The translations under genes were made by a program, and so were the position numbers. From the NCBI RefSeq assembly GCF_009914755.1, contig NC_060928.1: DNA of 64,000 nt. The stretch is one strand, 5' to 3'. The stretch is from the human T2T-CHM13v2.0 reference genome, Homo sapiens. Below are positions 13,266-27,839 of this stretch, in pieces. The notes under the pieces are model-generated. The model was not told where the DNA came from and did not search any database. It saw nothing but the letters and a program-made list of their open reading frames with translations. Within the stretch, counting starts at the first letter, position 1; every line of letters begins with the position of its first letter.

Positions 13266-13639
13266 CATTGATAAGCATTCTTAATTAAGTTTATCTGAAG
13301 ACATGAAAAAATGGTTTTGTTACCTACATTAATATGATTTCTAACAAACAAAATAATCACAGCCTATTTAATGCCATTGTGAGATATCATTAATAACATT
13401 TTTGTTTGTAAATTGCATACATTTAAAAATAGCAAGGTTAATTTCTTTAGCCATGTGAATTATCTGAAGGCAGCTTTGCCCAGTTTTTAACCTTTCCGAG
13501 TTGTGAAAATCACCAAAAGTTAAGTACTATTATGTTTCTTTTGTCATTGATTTTGAATTATGAAATGGTTCATGCTTCTTTAATCAAAATCAACTCTATT
13601 GCTCTCTATTCTACAGATGGAGCCCTTGAAACTCCCTCT

Positions 13640-13900
13640 TTTGTAACTTGTAACTACAGCAGTGCTTCAGGATCCAATCTTGTACTCTTTCCTCTTCTTT
13701 ATTCACATTCTTCATTCATAATATTTTATCTAACCCCATGACTTTAATTTCATTTTTTGGTTGATAATAATTTATTTCTTCTACTTCTACATTCATTACC
13801 ACATTTGTATATTAAAATGTGAATTTTAAATTATTCTTTGATATCTAATATTTATTTTTAACACAACATATGCTAAATGTAATTATTGACTTACTATTTT
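13640..13900 (+). mobile_element. L2 fragment
   Basis: gtgcttcaggatccaatcttg...ctcttctttattc...cccatgactttaat...caacatatgctaaa. Confidence 0.55.
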
Positions 13901-15131
13901 CTAATGCATCTTATACCATGAGTCAGATATTGTGTTCATGACCATTCCAACAGAAGCAGAATATAGCTGTACTAGTATTTAAGTGATTATTAGATATCAA
14001 GTTCACTAAATTCCCTTAAGGTAAGGCTAGAGCTAAGACTAAGATAAATAAGTTTGAAGGACATTAAAATTCCACAGGATTGTGTAAACCTAACTAGCAA
14101 CCAAAGGGAAGAGATTTTTTTTACTAGCACAAGATATAAGATGCACCTTATAGGATACATCTTATAGGAAAAGTAATAATTATGTCTTAAGAATTATTCT
14201 GTTGGATAGAAAGTAGTCTCAGAGGCCAAAACAAATGAAAGTTGAAACATTTGCAGAAAGCAAACCTTAAACATCACATTTTCCCCTTAGTGTCTGTCAA
14301 ATTCTGATAACTCTATGTATTCTTTTATTTAGAGTTGCATTAGATTCTGGAACAAAATGATAAAATTAAGTTCTATCTTACATTTAAACTATCAATTAGA
14401 TCTTTCTTACAAGATATCATTAAATGAACAACACCTTCTTCTAGATATAAGCCTGCTGCTGCTGCTGCTGCAAAAATGGAAAACTTGCTCATTTATATCT
14501 TGACATTAGTATAAAAGCATCTTTTTAAAAAGTTAATAATTTGAAGTCTATTATTACTTAAGTTGGCGGTTTAAATCATGCTACCTATGTGGTCTAAAAA
14601 TTCTTGTGCAAATAATTACGTTACATAGTCTCTCATTGGAAGAACTCTCAGGTAGCAGACAGAGGAAAACACAAAATCCAACTTTAACCTTTACATATTA
14701 ATAAAACTCTAGATACTATGGACTCAATGTAAATAATAATAATAAATACATAGAAACAAAAATACTACAAATGAAAGCCAGCAGAATCATGCAAATGAAT
14801 GCTTCAAATTTTGACCTTTTCTTTTACAGATAATAAAAAGTGGCATTCTATGTTTTGTAATATAATAAGGAGGCTTGAAAATAAGATATAAAATAACTTT
14901 TTAAAAAACAAGAAAGTTTAAATATCATAAAAATAAGAAATGTAAAATGTAATACTGAAATCCAAAACTAAATAGATAATCATCACATTATACACATCAA
15001 AAGAGGGCATTATTAAAGTTGGAAGAGAAGTGCTTATATTTTGCTCTGTGTGGATGGTGAAAAATATGGAGAAGAGAGATTTAAAAACATATTGGTTGTT
15101 GTCACAAAGTCAAATAATGTTATTTTCTATA

Positions 15132-15212
15132 TATTAGGTTGAACCATATGAATCTGACATTTGTAAACAAAAATGATTAAATATCACGGATGTTTTTATA
15201 ACTAACCCTATA
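15132..15212. mobile_element. MADE2 (mariner-derived MITE)
   Basis: tattaggttgaaccatatgaa left TIR, about 80 bp long, degenerate right TIR, TA flanks. Confidence 0.75.
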
Positions 15213-17098
15213 GGAAATCCCAAATAAACCACTAATTAGTTATTAGCATTACTAAGCAAAATTAGCAAGATTATCAGACACAAACTATACATCTACATAT
15301 CAGCAACAATCAGTACAAGGTTATGATTAAATAAATGTACAAATAAAAACAATACAAGCATACATAAAAACACACTAGACAAAAAAGGAACTGTTTTTGT
15401 GGATAAATGTACTAAAATGTATTGGAAAGCATTAATGAATTTTAAGATAAATGGAAGGAAATAATAAATATAAAGACATATATAAATTCTTTTTATAATA
15501 ATATATTAGATCAATGCAAACTGACTCCAAATTCCAACAGAGTTCCTCATGGAAATTCACAAATGTTTTCAGAAATGTATAATAAAGAGCTGGAAATAAC
15601 GTACTCATAAATAAAAAGATTAATGAAGGGGATACATACATTATGAGGTTTTAAATCATGCAATTTCACATCATTTCTTATAAAGTTTTAAAGCATTTAG
15701 GTTTATGTTTACAAAGTTTAAGACATTGTGGGATTTGGGAACAAGCCCAGAACCCTTTTTTTATATGTATTCATATATATTTAATATATATATAAACTTG
15801 AAATATCATTACATGCAATAGCATATTAGTAGAGAAAAAATAAGCAGTTTTCCTAAGAAAATAATACGCCTAATTAAAAAAATGCAATTTGATGCATAGT
15901 GCAAACCATACTCATACAATAAACTATAACATTTTAGAAAACCATGAAAAATGTATCATCACATTAGAAAAGAAAAGGATCACTACCTTAGACTATAAAA
16001 AAAGTTAATAAAAATAAAAAATATAACAGGAACAAAAGCAAACTATAATGAAACAGTTTAATTAATTTTACATAAGAAAAAGTATAAACTTAATTAATAA
16101 AGGAATTCTTAATAGAACAAGCGACATGTTACACAACAGCACAATATATTGCAACACATGTGACTAATAAAATATTAATAATCATAATATATAACTAAAT
16201 AATTTCTACAAGCCACTACAAACAGAAAACATTGACAAAAATATTAATCGCAATATATAAATAAAGAATTTCTACAAGCCACTACAAAAAGAAAACATTG
16301 AAAAAAGGAACAAAAATACGAATAAGCATTTCACAGGAGTGAAAACATTAAAGATAAACATATGAAAACATTCAAATCCACCATATTGAAGGAAGGAAGG
16401 AAGGAAGGAATAGAATGCACACATGCAGCAGATATTGGTAAGGAGGTGGAATAATAAACCCTCTTTTTACTGCTAGTTGGAATATAAACAAAGAGTCATC
16501 TACTTTAAAAAACAGTTTCACATTGTCTAGTACAACCCACATGTTCTAATTTTCAGCCATTCTACTCTTAGTAATTTACCCAGAGAAATGTTCTCACCAT
16601 GTGCTTGAGGGACAAGTATATGAATGTTTAAAGCAATATTGTTGACATAACAATGAATTTTAACTGGCAAATGTTTACTAATAGTAAAATAAATAAATAA
16701 AGTTTTGTGTATTTATACAACAGCATATTACATACATAATTTTTTAATAGTTGAAAAAAATGACTTACAGTTCTTCAGAGAGAAAGATTGATTTCAAAGA
16801 TACACTCTTGAATGACAAAACAAATTACAAAAGAATACTTAATGTCTAATTTCAGTTATATAAAGTAACCTAAGGCAAAATTAAATAATATGACAATAAA
16901 GAACACAGATACATGTTAAAAATGAGGGAATACTTAACACAAAAATAATTAATACAAAAATTTCATATAATGCTTCTACCTGGAAGGGGGAAGTAGACAA
17001 AGAACAAACAGCACACAGCTGACTTGTGAGGCACTGGTAACTTTTCATTTCTTAAGCTGGCTGGTGGGAATATGTTTTTCATTTTAAAATACTGTTTA

Positions 17099-17129
<31 letters not shown>

Positions 17130-17170
17130 AATATTATATACTTCTTATAGAGAATGCTGTATTATTCAAC
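15213..17170 (+). mobile_element. Highly diverged L1ME ORF2 3' part and 3' UTR
   Basis: tagcaagattatcagacacaaa, caaattccaacag, aataagcatttcacagga, cagccattctactcttagtaatttacccagagaaatg in colinear L1 order. Confidence 0.7.
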
Positions 17171-17724
17171 ATATTTTGAAAGGAATAAAGAGAATAAAAC
17201 CCAATGACCAAAATTTGGCACACTCTAACTTTTAAATGTCTACCAGAGAACTAGGACTATGGACAGTACTATAAAAGGAAAACTATGAATGTATGAGAAA
17301 AGAGGCTCTATATAAAAATTGCTTTAGGAATGGCAGAATGGTCTATTAGTCTATTGCTACTGAGGGAGTGAGTGTAGTAAAAACAGAATGCTTTTAGAGT
17401 TTGGAACACAGAGGTCATTAAGAGACTTTTATGAAAATGAGCCTCTTTCTCTCTCTCAAAATTCTTCTGTTTGATTCAGACGCTTGTATTCCTGCTGTTT
17501 ACTAATGTTTTCTTTTCTGGGAAACATAATAAAAATAAAAATAACCAGAATATAAATACTTCTCCTTTTCTGAATAGAAAAAAAAAAAATCTGTCTCAAC
17601 CCATCCCATTCCTTTAGCTTTTTCAAGCTCTATCATCCTCTCTTTATTCTTCATGGCACTTTCTTTCCTTAGTATTTTCCTTTCTTTTACCTCCTCTTGC
17701 ATGGTGGGAAGAGCAGCTCAGTTA

Positions 17725-18127
17725 TACTCATATACCGCATAGCAATATTTCAGTAAATAATGGACCATGTATGAAACAGATTATAATACTGTATTTTTAC
17801 TGTATTATACTTATGTATACATAATTTTACATATATACATAATTTTACTTATGTATACCATAAGATTATAATTCTGTATCTTTTTATATGTAGAAGTTAT
17901 TAGATACACAAATACTTAGCAGTGTTACAATTACCTACAACATTCCATGTAGTTACCCAGTATACCGGTTTGCGGTTTAGTAGCAATAGGATGTACCATA
18001 TCACCTAGATGTGTAGTAGGCTATACCATCTAGATTTGTGCAAGAACATCCTATGATATTTGAACAGCAACAAAATCACAGGATGCATTTCTCAAAAGGT
18101 AACCTGGAGTTAAGCCATGCATGACTG
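17725..18127 (+). mobile_element. Tigger3a (MER7A) DNA transposon with internal duplication
   Basis: gattataatactgtatttttactgta, tagatacacaaatactta, gtgtagtaggctataccatctag; ends gcatgactg followed by TA. Confidence 0.88.
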
Positions 18128-18155
18128 TACTCACACAGATTCTCTTTACTTGCAC

Positions 18156-18750
18156 TGTTTAAACTTGGGTTCCCTGGAAAGAAGAAAGTCCAATACCAAA
18201 GTTACTGTATTTTCATTGTATTAGGGAGGAGAGCTACAGGTAAGCCAGAGTGGGGGAAAAATAAATGAGTAAGGAAAGAAGGGCAAACCGATAACAAATA
18301 ATTTAACAGAGTTTTCAGTTAATTTCTCAGTCTTACAGAATCATATCTTGGGGGGTTATATAATCCCCTTCATCTCACAAAAGTTTGGGTGAAGAAGAAA
18401 TAAGTATTTATCTGTATGGTCCCTTTCCTCATAGTCAGAGATTTACCTTGAGGGATGTTAACTTTCTGGCATGTCCAGGACATACAATCATACATGCCAG
18501 TGTGGCCTGCAGTATCACATGACTTGACAGCGGAAATCCCCCTAGTAAGAGGATAATGGAGGGCAGAAGATGAGAGGGAAAAGCCATGGTCAGGAGACAA
18601 GTCATACTGGCTTGTGCTAACATGAAATCAATGAACATCTCCGCAGGGTTGACTGCTGCAGTGATTACTGGAGTAAAAAAAATGCCCAAGGGTCTCAGTA
18701 CGATGAGAAGCAGAGAATATGAAAGATGGTAAATAGAAATGTCTGCACTA
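18156..18750 (-). mobile_element. ERVL LTR (LTR33/LTR16-like)
   Basis: tgtttaaacttgggttccctggaaa...gggagg...aggaaagaagggcaaacc resembles the antisense LTR33 end. Confidence 0.5.
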
Positions 18751-20060
18751 TGTCTGTAGCTCTTTAAACACTCTGATTGTCAGTTTGCTTGCTGGTATAA
18801 ATCTGGGATTGATGCTTACTTAGGGCAAAGTTTCTAAACTGATCTTCCTTCTTCCTTATCTCTCTTATCTCTAGACAGATACTCGCACACACCCACACAC
18901 ACATATACAGAGAGAGAGAGACAGTAAGAGGGAAAGATAAATACATCACAGCACTGAATGCAGGTTGAGGAAACATTTTTATCATGATTTTTGCAATCAG
19001 CCTAGTCCCTTGATCTGACTAAAAAAGGATGTGGGTGATTGTTTTAAATAATTATATATTAAGTTTCTTGTAACCTGAAGTTCATAGGCACTGAATTTTC
19101 TAAAGATAGATTTGAGGAAAAAAATTTACTATATGGGACAATAAATTTAAATTTTTTTCAGAGTATATTTGTTCATATATTTTATATACATATCATGTTA
19201 CCTGGAGATCTAATAAACTATTTCAAAATGTACCTCTTAGGAGCACCCAAGATACATGGCAGCTGTATTTAATAAGCTGCTAAGATTTTCCTGTTTTAAA
19301 CATTTTCTAAAGTGGGTACAAATAATCAACAGTTGTATGACTCACCTTTTGAATTAAACACAACTCAGTTGTCAAAGAACAGTAAGCTCTTATGGGGATA
19401 TCTGCAGTTGTAAGTAATGCTTGAATTTAATTTTACGAGCCAATATCTAATAGAATAAAACTAAAATCACTGTACAATTGACTTTATGTTATCTTTATGC
19501 ACATTAAAACTTACATGTTTTTCTATGTATTTCTTACCTGATACGCAATTAGTCTATTTAAATAGACATAGGCAGCATCCCTGATGAGACACAATGCAGA
19601 ATCTGAGGTTCCACCATTTGAGCACTTAACACTCTGTTTATAAAATATAATTCAAATAGGTCTCTCTGTGAACCTACATACTGTACTTGAAGGCTTCTCC
19701 CCATGCTTGAGGTGCGCCCTTCGCTTCCTTTTAAACAAGATACGATGTTTGCTGTAGAATGTTTTTCAACCGTGAAATCTTATCTGAGCAAAACACAGAT
19801 GTACTTTGTGAAACTTTAGAAAAAATTTCTACAAACGATAACAGAATAAATAAAATAGATGAAGACAAAATTAATAACTGTCAATACCACATGTGTGTGA
19901 TTCTTCCTTCCCAAATGGATTATGTAGAGCTCATGGCAGGTAAGCCAAGTGTGGACCAGCCTCACCATGTCCTTTAAGGAATATAGTTGGATGACTAGTT
20001 TAACTAGTCACAAGATTTGGAAAGTTATAGGAATTATTTCTGTTTGATTCTCTCTTGTAT

Positions 20061-20206
20061 GAAAGAAAGAAAAGAAAAAGAAAGAAAGAAAGAAAAAGAA
20101 AGGAAGGAAGGAGGGAAGGAAGGAAGGAAGAAAGGAAAGAAGGAAGGAAGGCTGGAAGGAAGGAAGGAAAGGAAGGGAGGGAAGGAAAGGAAGGGAAAGA
20201 AAGAAA
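20061..20206. repeat. Polypurine (GAAA/GGAA)n tract
   Basis: About 145 bp, all A/G except one CT. Confidence 0.95.
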
Positions 20207-20304
20207 TTTGCTGTTTGGTTAGAACTATTCAGCAAATTTTTCTGTAATCTTTAAATAAAATAGACAAAATGCCACTTCAAATTACAGCTTATTTTTCTTT
20301 ATAT

Positions 20305-20520
20305 CAAAGTTTCTGAAAAGTGGCACTGTTGACATTTGGATCAGATCATTCTTTGTTGTAGAGGCTGTCCTATGCATTGTGGATGTTTTTCAGCCTCTCT
20401 GCCTCCATAACTCACTACTTATCAGTAGCACACTCCCCCACCCATGAGGACAAACAAAACTGCCTCCAGACATTATCAAGGGCCACCTGGGGCAAAATAT
20501 CCCACCGTTGAAAACCACTG
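20305..20520 (-). mobile_element. MER20 (hAT-Charlie), full length
   Basis: ggcactgttgacattt...attctttgttg...ctgtcctatgcattgt...ctccagacatt...ggggcaaaat...gttgaaaaccactg. Confidence 0.88.
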
Positions 20521-23126
20521 TTCTATAATAAAGCTCATCAAACAAATTTTATTTTATTTTGTACAACACAATAGTTCTGACATAATCTAGCTATCGTAGC
20601 TATAGATTCAGGTATGCAATATTTAGTAATTAAGGATTTTCCAGTTTTATAAAGAAACCTGTTTTCAGTTTTATAATTTCATAACAGCACCAAAGTTTAT
20701 GATTAAAGATGTAGATACCAGTGTAGCAAAAAGTCATGGTAGTTAATGGTTTTGAACTATTGATTCGATAATCAATAAAATTTCTAGATCTAAATAAAAT
20801 ATGCACTAATTAATACTTATCATAAAGATGGTCAATTGCATTGACCACGTTTTTTCTATTCTGTTATGAAGCATATAAATACAGAATAGGAGACGGCTCA
20901 AATTCTTTTCTATCATAAGTGTTAAAACCCCATGTTTTAAAAGTATAGTTCTGCTTTTTAAAAAACTACCTATGAGAAATAGAAATTTTGGTATAGCGTG
21001 TAGATAAATGCATCTCAAATCAACAGCAAATACCTAATTTATTTTGAAATAGTGGAGTCATTATTCTTACATTAATGAGAATAAAGATACTTCACTGTAT
21101 ACATTTTTTTCAATATTATCCTTAAAAGTCTTAGCACTGACATACAACATAAAATTAAAATAGGAATGAATGAGTAATGGAAATAACTTGAAGAAACTTA
21201 ACTAGCAAGCTTAGAAAAGTAGATGGTTACAATATAAGTACAAGAAATTCACATAATTTTTGTATTAACATTACTCAACCTGAATTCGCAATAAAAATAT
21301 ATATTCAAAATAGCAAGCACAATACAAACCAACTAGAAATAAAGTTAAAAATTAATATATGGGTTCTAAAAAATCAAATAATAATTCTGAGTGACAGAAA
21401 AAACACAACGTTCAAAACAAGAAGATATATTATTTTTATGAATGAAAAGACTAAATAATTTGAAAATTATATTGTAATAGGAACTAGTATATATTGAATA
21501 TGTCTTATATTCCATGCATTATAAATATTTTAAATAATGTTTTCAAATGATCTTTTCAAAATTCTAAATGGCTATTATGATGAAAGCCACAATTGGATAA
21601 TTACATTTGTAAAATTACTAAGTGGAAAAACCAATCTAAGAAATTAAGCAAAATATGAGCTCCTCGTCACTCTTTCATTGTTCCCCTATTAGCTTTTAAT
21701 TGTAAAACATTAATTGAGGAGCTTTTACTAGTTATTGTCATAATGACGTGTTTATTTTTTGTTAATCTGAAAATAATTATAATTCTATAGTTAATATATG
21801 TTGAGTATCTTATATGACAGGAACTATACTGAAATTTGAAAGATATTTTAAAAGTAGCACTTGTGGCCTGCTTTTTTCCTTTTTATATAATGGTTATTTT
21901 GTGACCACATTTATTATTAAAAAAATTCCATTTAACAATACATTTAAATAAATTAGGATAAAAATCCTAATTAAAAGTAAACATCTAACAGTGCATATAA
22001 GACAAAATTGAAGATTTCATTCATATATTTCAGTTTTTCAAGATACGTTAGTTTCTCTTATTTTATGTGATTTCAACTTCAGTATTTAGCCATACAAATT
22101 TGAATATATATTTCTGTCATGGATTCTTAAAAAATTCATGTATTTATTGCTATTACAACCACTGTTTTTCAAACTGAAAGATTTAAAAAGTATAAAATGT
22201 AGAGAAGGTTTTAATACTTTCATAATTACACAAAAGAACAAAATCACTTTATTAGCCTTCTCTCTTGATTTAATCTGAATTTTTCCCTCTGCTCATAATA
22301 TATACATCCATAAAAAGGGAGTATTTAACATAGTAATAATTATGTAAGAAAATATGAGAAAAAATCAAGAAATATAAGCTCTTCAAGGAGTACTAATAAT
22401 CACATTAACTTGAAAATTGCCTGGCATGCATATAAAGTCTCTTATGCTTCATGTGGTCCTAGGGGATAGTCTGTTGAATTTTAAAAATAACTTTTTTTTT
22501 CCATCATTGCTTGCTACAAAATGGTTCGAAATATTATTGCTTTAATTGACTGAAAAACATGTCTTTAAACTAAAATCAGTGTTTTAAACAATTAATAATA
22601 GGATAATGCTGTATTATTATAACGCTTCAAAATTTATGCAAAAACTTTAAAATTTATACAAAGTTTTGCAAGCAGTAGCCTATCCAGCCTTTAAAGTTTA
22701 AGACGATTTTTTGCTAAAATTACCATTTAAAATTAAAAGTTATAGCAGAGACCAAATGACTGTGGAGATAGAATTTGCCTTTCAGTTTCACTTTTATTGT
22801 CTACAGTTAGCAGCAGCGCAGATGCCAGCAGACTGGGCGGTGATGAAGGGCGATTCACTTTCACGCCGTTTTCAGCTAATTAAATACAAGATGAGAATAA
22901 GAGATCATAATGTGGTCCCTGATATTTAAAGTGTGATTTACTTCTTATAATTCAATCTGGTGACATTTTTTTGTTGGATGGTCAAAGAATATTATGTGTT
23001 TTTCACTAAGTTCAACTGCCTCTCAGAAGGCAATTCTAGGGAAATTTCAGCAATAGAGATGGGTAATGGGCTTTTTCTTGTGAGGTGAATTCTTCCAATT
23101 ATGGTCACTTAGTGATACTGCTATAA

Positions 23127-23514
<388 letters not shown>

Positions 23515-23962
23515 TGACTGATTTTTAAAAATTAATTACCAAGAAATAGCTTGCAATTTGGTGTTAAATTTTAAAAATACCCAAACCAAAGGGAAGGAAA
23601 TCTAGCTAGAGAGACAGACAGACACACACACACACAGACACACATCCAAATACACAGAAGCTTAATTTTTAAAAAGTAACATTTTGAAAAAAAATAGATC
23701 AGATATGTTGTCAAATTTTTGCTTAAGGCCACCAGCAAAAGTGAAAAATATCTAGTGGATTAAACAACCACAAAAATTAGCTCATGATAAACACTAGTAT
23801 GTTAAAATATTTATTTTAATTATATTTTATTTATGAAAACTTATAAGCAGTTAGATGTTATTTTCAACTTAAACCTAGAGTAACTCTTTAATTGGCATCA
23901 TATTTTAAAGTTACATTTAATTCTGGAGATAATTAAACACAATTTTTGTTTTCCATATCTAA

Positions 23963-24335
<373 letters not shown>

Positions 24336-24544
24336 GATAAACTCATTTTTTTATGTGGAGCTTCCAAAAAATATTAAAGGAAGCATCATTGCCTCCTTTA
24401 AGAAGTGTCATTCTTTTAAAAGGAGGCACCAAAATAGTTTTGATTTTGTAAATTTGAAAAATAACAGACAGATCAGGATATGTCAAACCTAGTAGATTTT
24501 TTATATTTCTGACTCTAAAAGAGACTAAGTTCATTTTCTTCATA

Positions 24545-24780
24545 GAATCGTAATTACATTCTCATTTTGCAGATATGGAGTGCAAAGTGAGGGAATATTA
24601 AGTAATTTTTCTATGGCTAAACAACGAGTAAAGAGTGGGGCCAATTTGGATTAAAACAACCTAGTTCCAAGCTCTATGCCCTTGGCTGCTATATATTATG
24701 CTGTCTTATATTTTGCAAGTTAAAAAAAAATTGAACTAGAGAGATCAAGTGACTCATTAAATTCCACAGAGTAAGAAAGC
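24545..24780 (-). mobile_element. MIR fragments
   Basis: ctcattttgcagat...ttaagtaatttt...ttccaagctctatgccctt; second core agagagatcaagtgact. Confidence 0.55.
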
Positions 24781-25307
24781 AGCTTATTTGGTGCAACAAG
24801 TAATTTGGATCCTCTGTTATGTGTAAATTTAAACCTAAACATGGTCAATCAGTACTGGATTTAGTATTACACATAACACTATATAGATGGTATCCGTTAG
24901 CCAACATTTCTTTTTCATAAGAGTTTTCACAGTAATTAAGAAATATTTTAACAACATAATCCAAGTTTCTTTAGCACATTTTTAAGAAATGAAAGATGGA
25001 GAAGCTGACAGAAAAAATAGACATCAAAATGATTCCATGCATTTAGCAACCATGAGAACAGATTATCTTTCTGGGAATACCTGACAAGGCGCCCCCAAAA
25101 TCTTAGGTTCAAATGGTACTTATCTGTCAATTAAAACTGGAGCTGTCACCAGAAAATGGCATTTCTTTCACATATTTGACAAGAGACCAGATTTAGTTTA
25201 CTTTATCAAAGTTCTAAATTGCCACGTTAAACAATGTAATTTTGGTCTCTCAACGTAATTACACTGTATCTCACTACAGTCTCTGAAAGGAAAATCTTTC
25301 TTCCGCT

Positions 25308-25308
<1 letters not shown>

Positions 25309-25352
<44 letters not shown>
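25309..25352 (+). repeat. Uninterrupted poly(A), 44 nt
   Basis: Directly visible. Confidence 0.98.
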
Positions 25353-25354
<2 letters not shown>

Positions 25355-25524
25355 AAGAGTCTTTACAGAGCTTTACCCCTCTGGAAAAAAGAATGATACT
25401 AGTTTAACAGTTTTATTTTTGCAATTGTCTCTTTTATCCTCAGTTGCAATGGTAAACACCCACTGACAAATAAATAGTACTGGATGATTGTTCCTATTCC
25501 TACATGATAAATATGGTTTTAGAA

Positions 25525-25572
25525 AAGAGAAAATAGGGCAATATTTATAAGAGAAAATAGGGCAATATTTAT
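25525..25572. repeat. Perfect 24-bp tandem duplication
   Basis: aagagaaaatagggcaatatttat twice. Confidence 0.95.
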
Positions 25573-26601
25573 AAAGTATATGCATCTCCCTGATCCTAAT
25601 CCCCTCCCAAAATGATTCCATAATCTAAGTCCAAATCCTGCTCTTTTCACTTTCACCTGCCTGTCAATTGTCAGTTTAAGTAAGTCTGCTATATATATTT
25701 TTTCTTTTCTTTCTATGAAAAATGGTAGAAATTTTCACATGACAGTTAGTAATTGCAGAAGTTCCACAGGGACTAATATTCAATGTGCTAGTTGAAGCAA
25801 GATAGTCTGGATACAATTATTAAAGTCATTTCCCAGAGCACCACAGGTATCCTCTAAAGATGAGGGGTGAATAGATTTATTTATTGCTCTCATCAAAAAC
25901 TTGAGTTTGATGAATAAACCAGTTTGCCTCCATGTGAAGCTCTCTTCCACATTAGATCAGCTTCTGCCTACTCCATTGACTAAAAATAGGGAAGACATTC
26001 TTTCTCCCCCTCCCTTCAGCTGAACACTCAGCCCTTTCATAGTGCAATGCATCCATCAGATGCATACTCATTACTATTTGACATAGCTACAACAAATTTA
26101 AAAAATGGTCTATATATTCTAGTTTGTGAGTACAGCAAAATAAAAATTAAGGGTTCAACAGTAATTATGAAGTTAATATGAATAGGAGAAATTGACAGGT
26201 GGAGTTTTCAATATCGCAATCTGATGTTGAGTAGCTGGAGCTATGGAGCTGGCAGTGGGTGGAGAGAAAGGTAGAGAGGGCAGACATACCGTGTTTTGAT
26301 TTCTGTTCCATTCCAGTGAGTAAACAAAGCATTTTGAATATTCTAGGTGTTCTTGTGATTCTAAGTCACCTTATAAATTTCAAAAAAGATTAAAAATAAG
26401 ATACATCTTATAGAAACTTCTCTACTTCAGAGAGTGTGTTGGCACATGAGACAGAACCAATGCAAAAACAAACAAAATCAACAAAATAAGTTACATATAT
26501 TGACAAACATGTATTAAACCAGACTCAGCTTATGATTCAGTTTCAAGTAGCAGAAATAAAAGAACGGAATTAACATGCACTTATAATGATATACGATGTG
26601 T

Positions 26602-27008
<407 letters not shown>

Positions 27009-27839
27009 TTATTATCACTTCTTCGTGAGTCATTAGCATCTAAAAAACAATAAATACCTATTCCTGGAGTTCACAAAATATAAAAAAAAAGCAATTGAAT
27101 TTTTACCAAAATTTGATATAGATTAAAACTCTTTCAAATTTAATTCCAACATTGGATCATGAAATTAATTTACTTGGTTTCTTCTACATCAGAGAATGCA
27201 CAATTCCAAAGATATACCCTCTTTCCCCAGAAAGGGTGAAAAATAAATTTTCTATTTTCCCTTTATCAGTTGTGTAAACTTTGAAGTAGACTCAAATCTC
27301 ACTGCCTACACTGGTTACTTTTATTATCTCCACCATTACTTCTGCCAAGATTATTTATTTTCCTAGATTGCTTGTTTGATGAGAAGGCAGATCTGTGTCA
27401 ATGTGAGGAGCTGGTATGGTATTTGGAAAAGCACCAACTAATTGTAAAAATACCTGGTTTCTAGTCACGGCACTGGCTCCCAGAAGCTCAATTGCTGCCA
27501 GAATTCATCTAGTACGCTTGCTATATTCCAAGCACTTGTCAACATTCTTGAAACATATTAGCTACTCAATGAATATTCATTTGAAGGAATGAGAAAGGGA
27601 AGAAAAGAGTTGGAAGTAACTTAATGCTTTTGATAAATCCATTCTAGTTGAGAAGAAAGAGAATGATAGAAGAATCATTCTATAGACAAGTAAGTCACAG
27701 TAACTAATCTGTGATAAGAAAACAAATAAAGAAAAGAGGAATTAATATAGAATTAATAGGACAGGATATAATTTAGCAGGTAAGCGAGGTAGGCCTCCAT
27801 TCATTGAAGACATGTAAGTCACATGTCCCCTGGCCTATT

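Noticed and set aside
14135-14166. Small hairpin tataagatg...catcttata
   Set aside because: Short and AT-rich; may simply reflect a local cttatagga duplication
14453-14471. (CTG)6 repeat followed by an ATG
   Set aside because: Short tract, no sustained ORF or splice context
22840-22922. Possible C/D box snoRNA (gtgatga ... ctga)
   Set aside because: No terminal stem and no recognisable rRNA/snRNA guide; motifs this short occur by chance. A similar pair near 19582-19606 is too closely spaced
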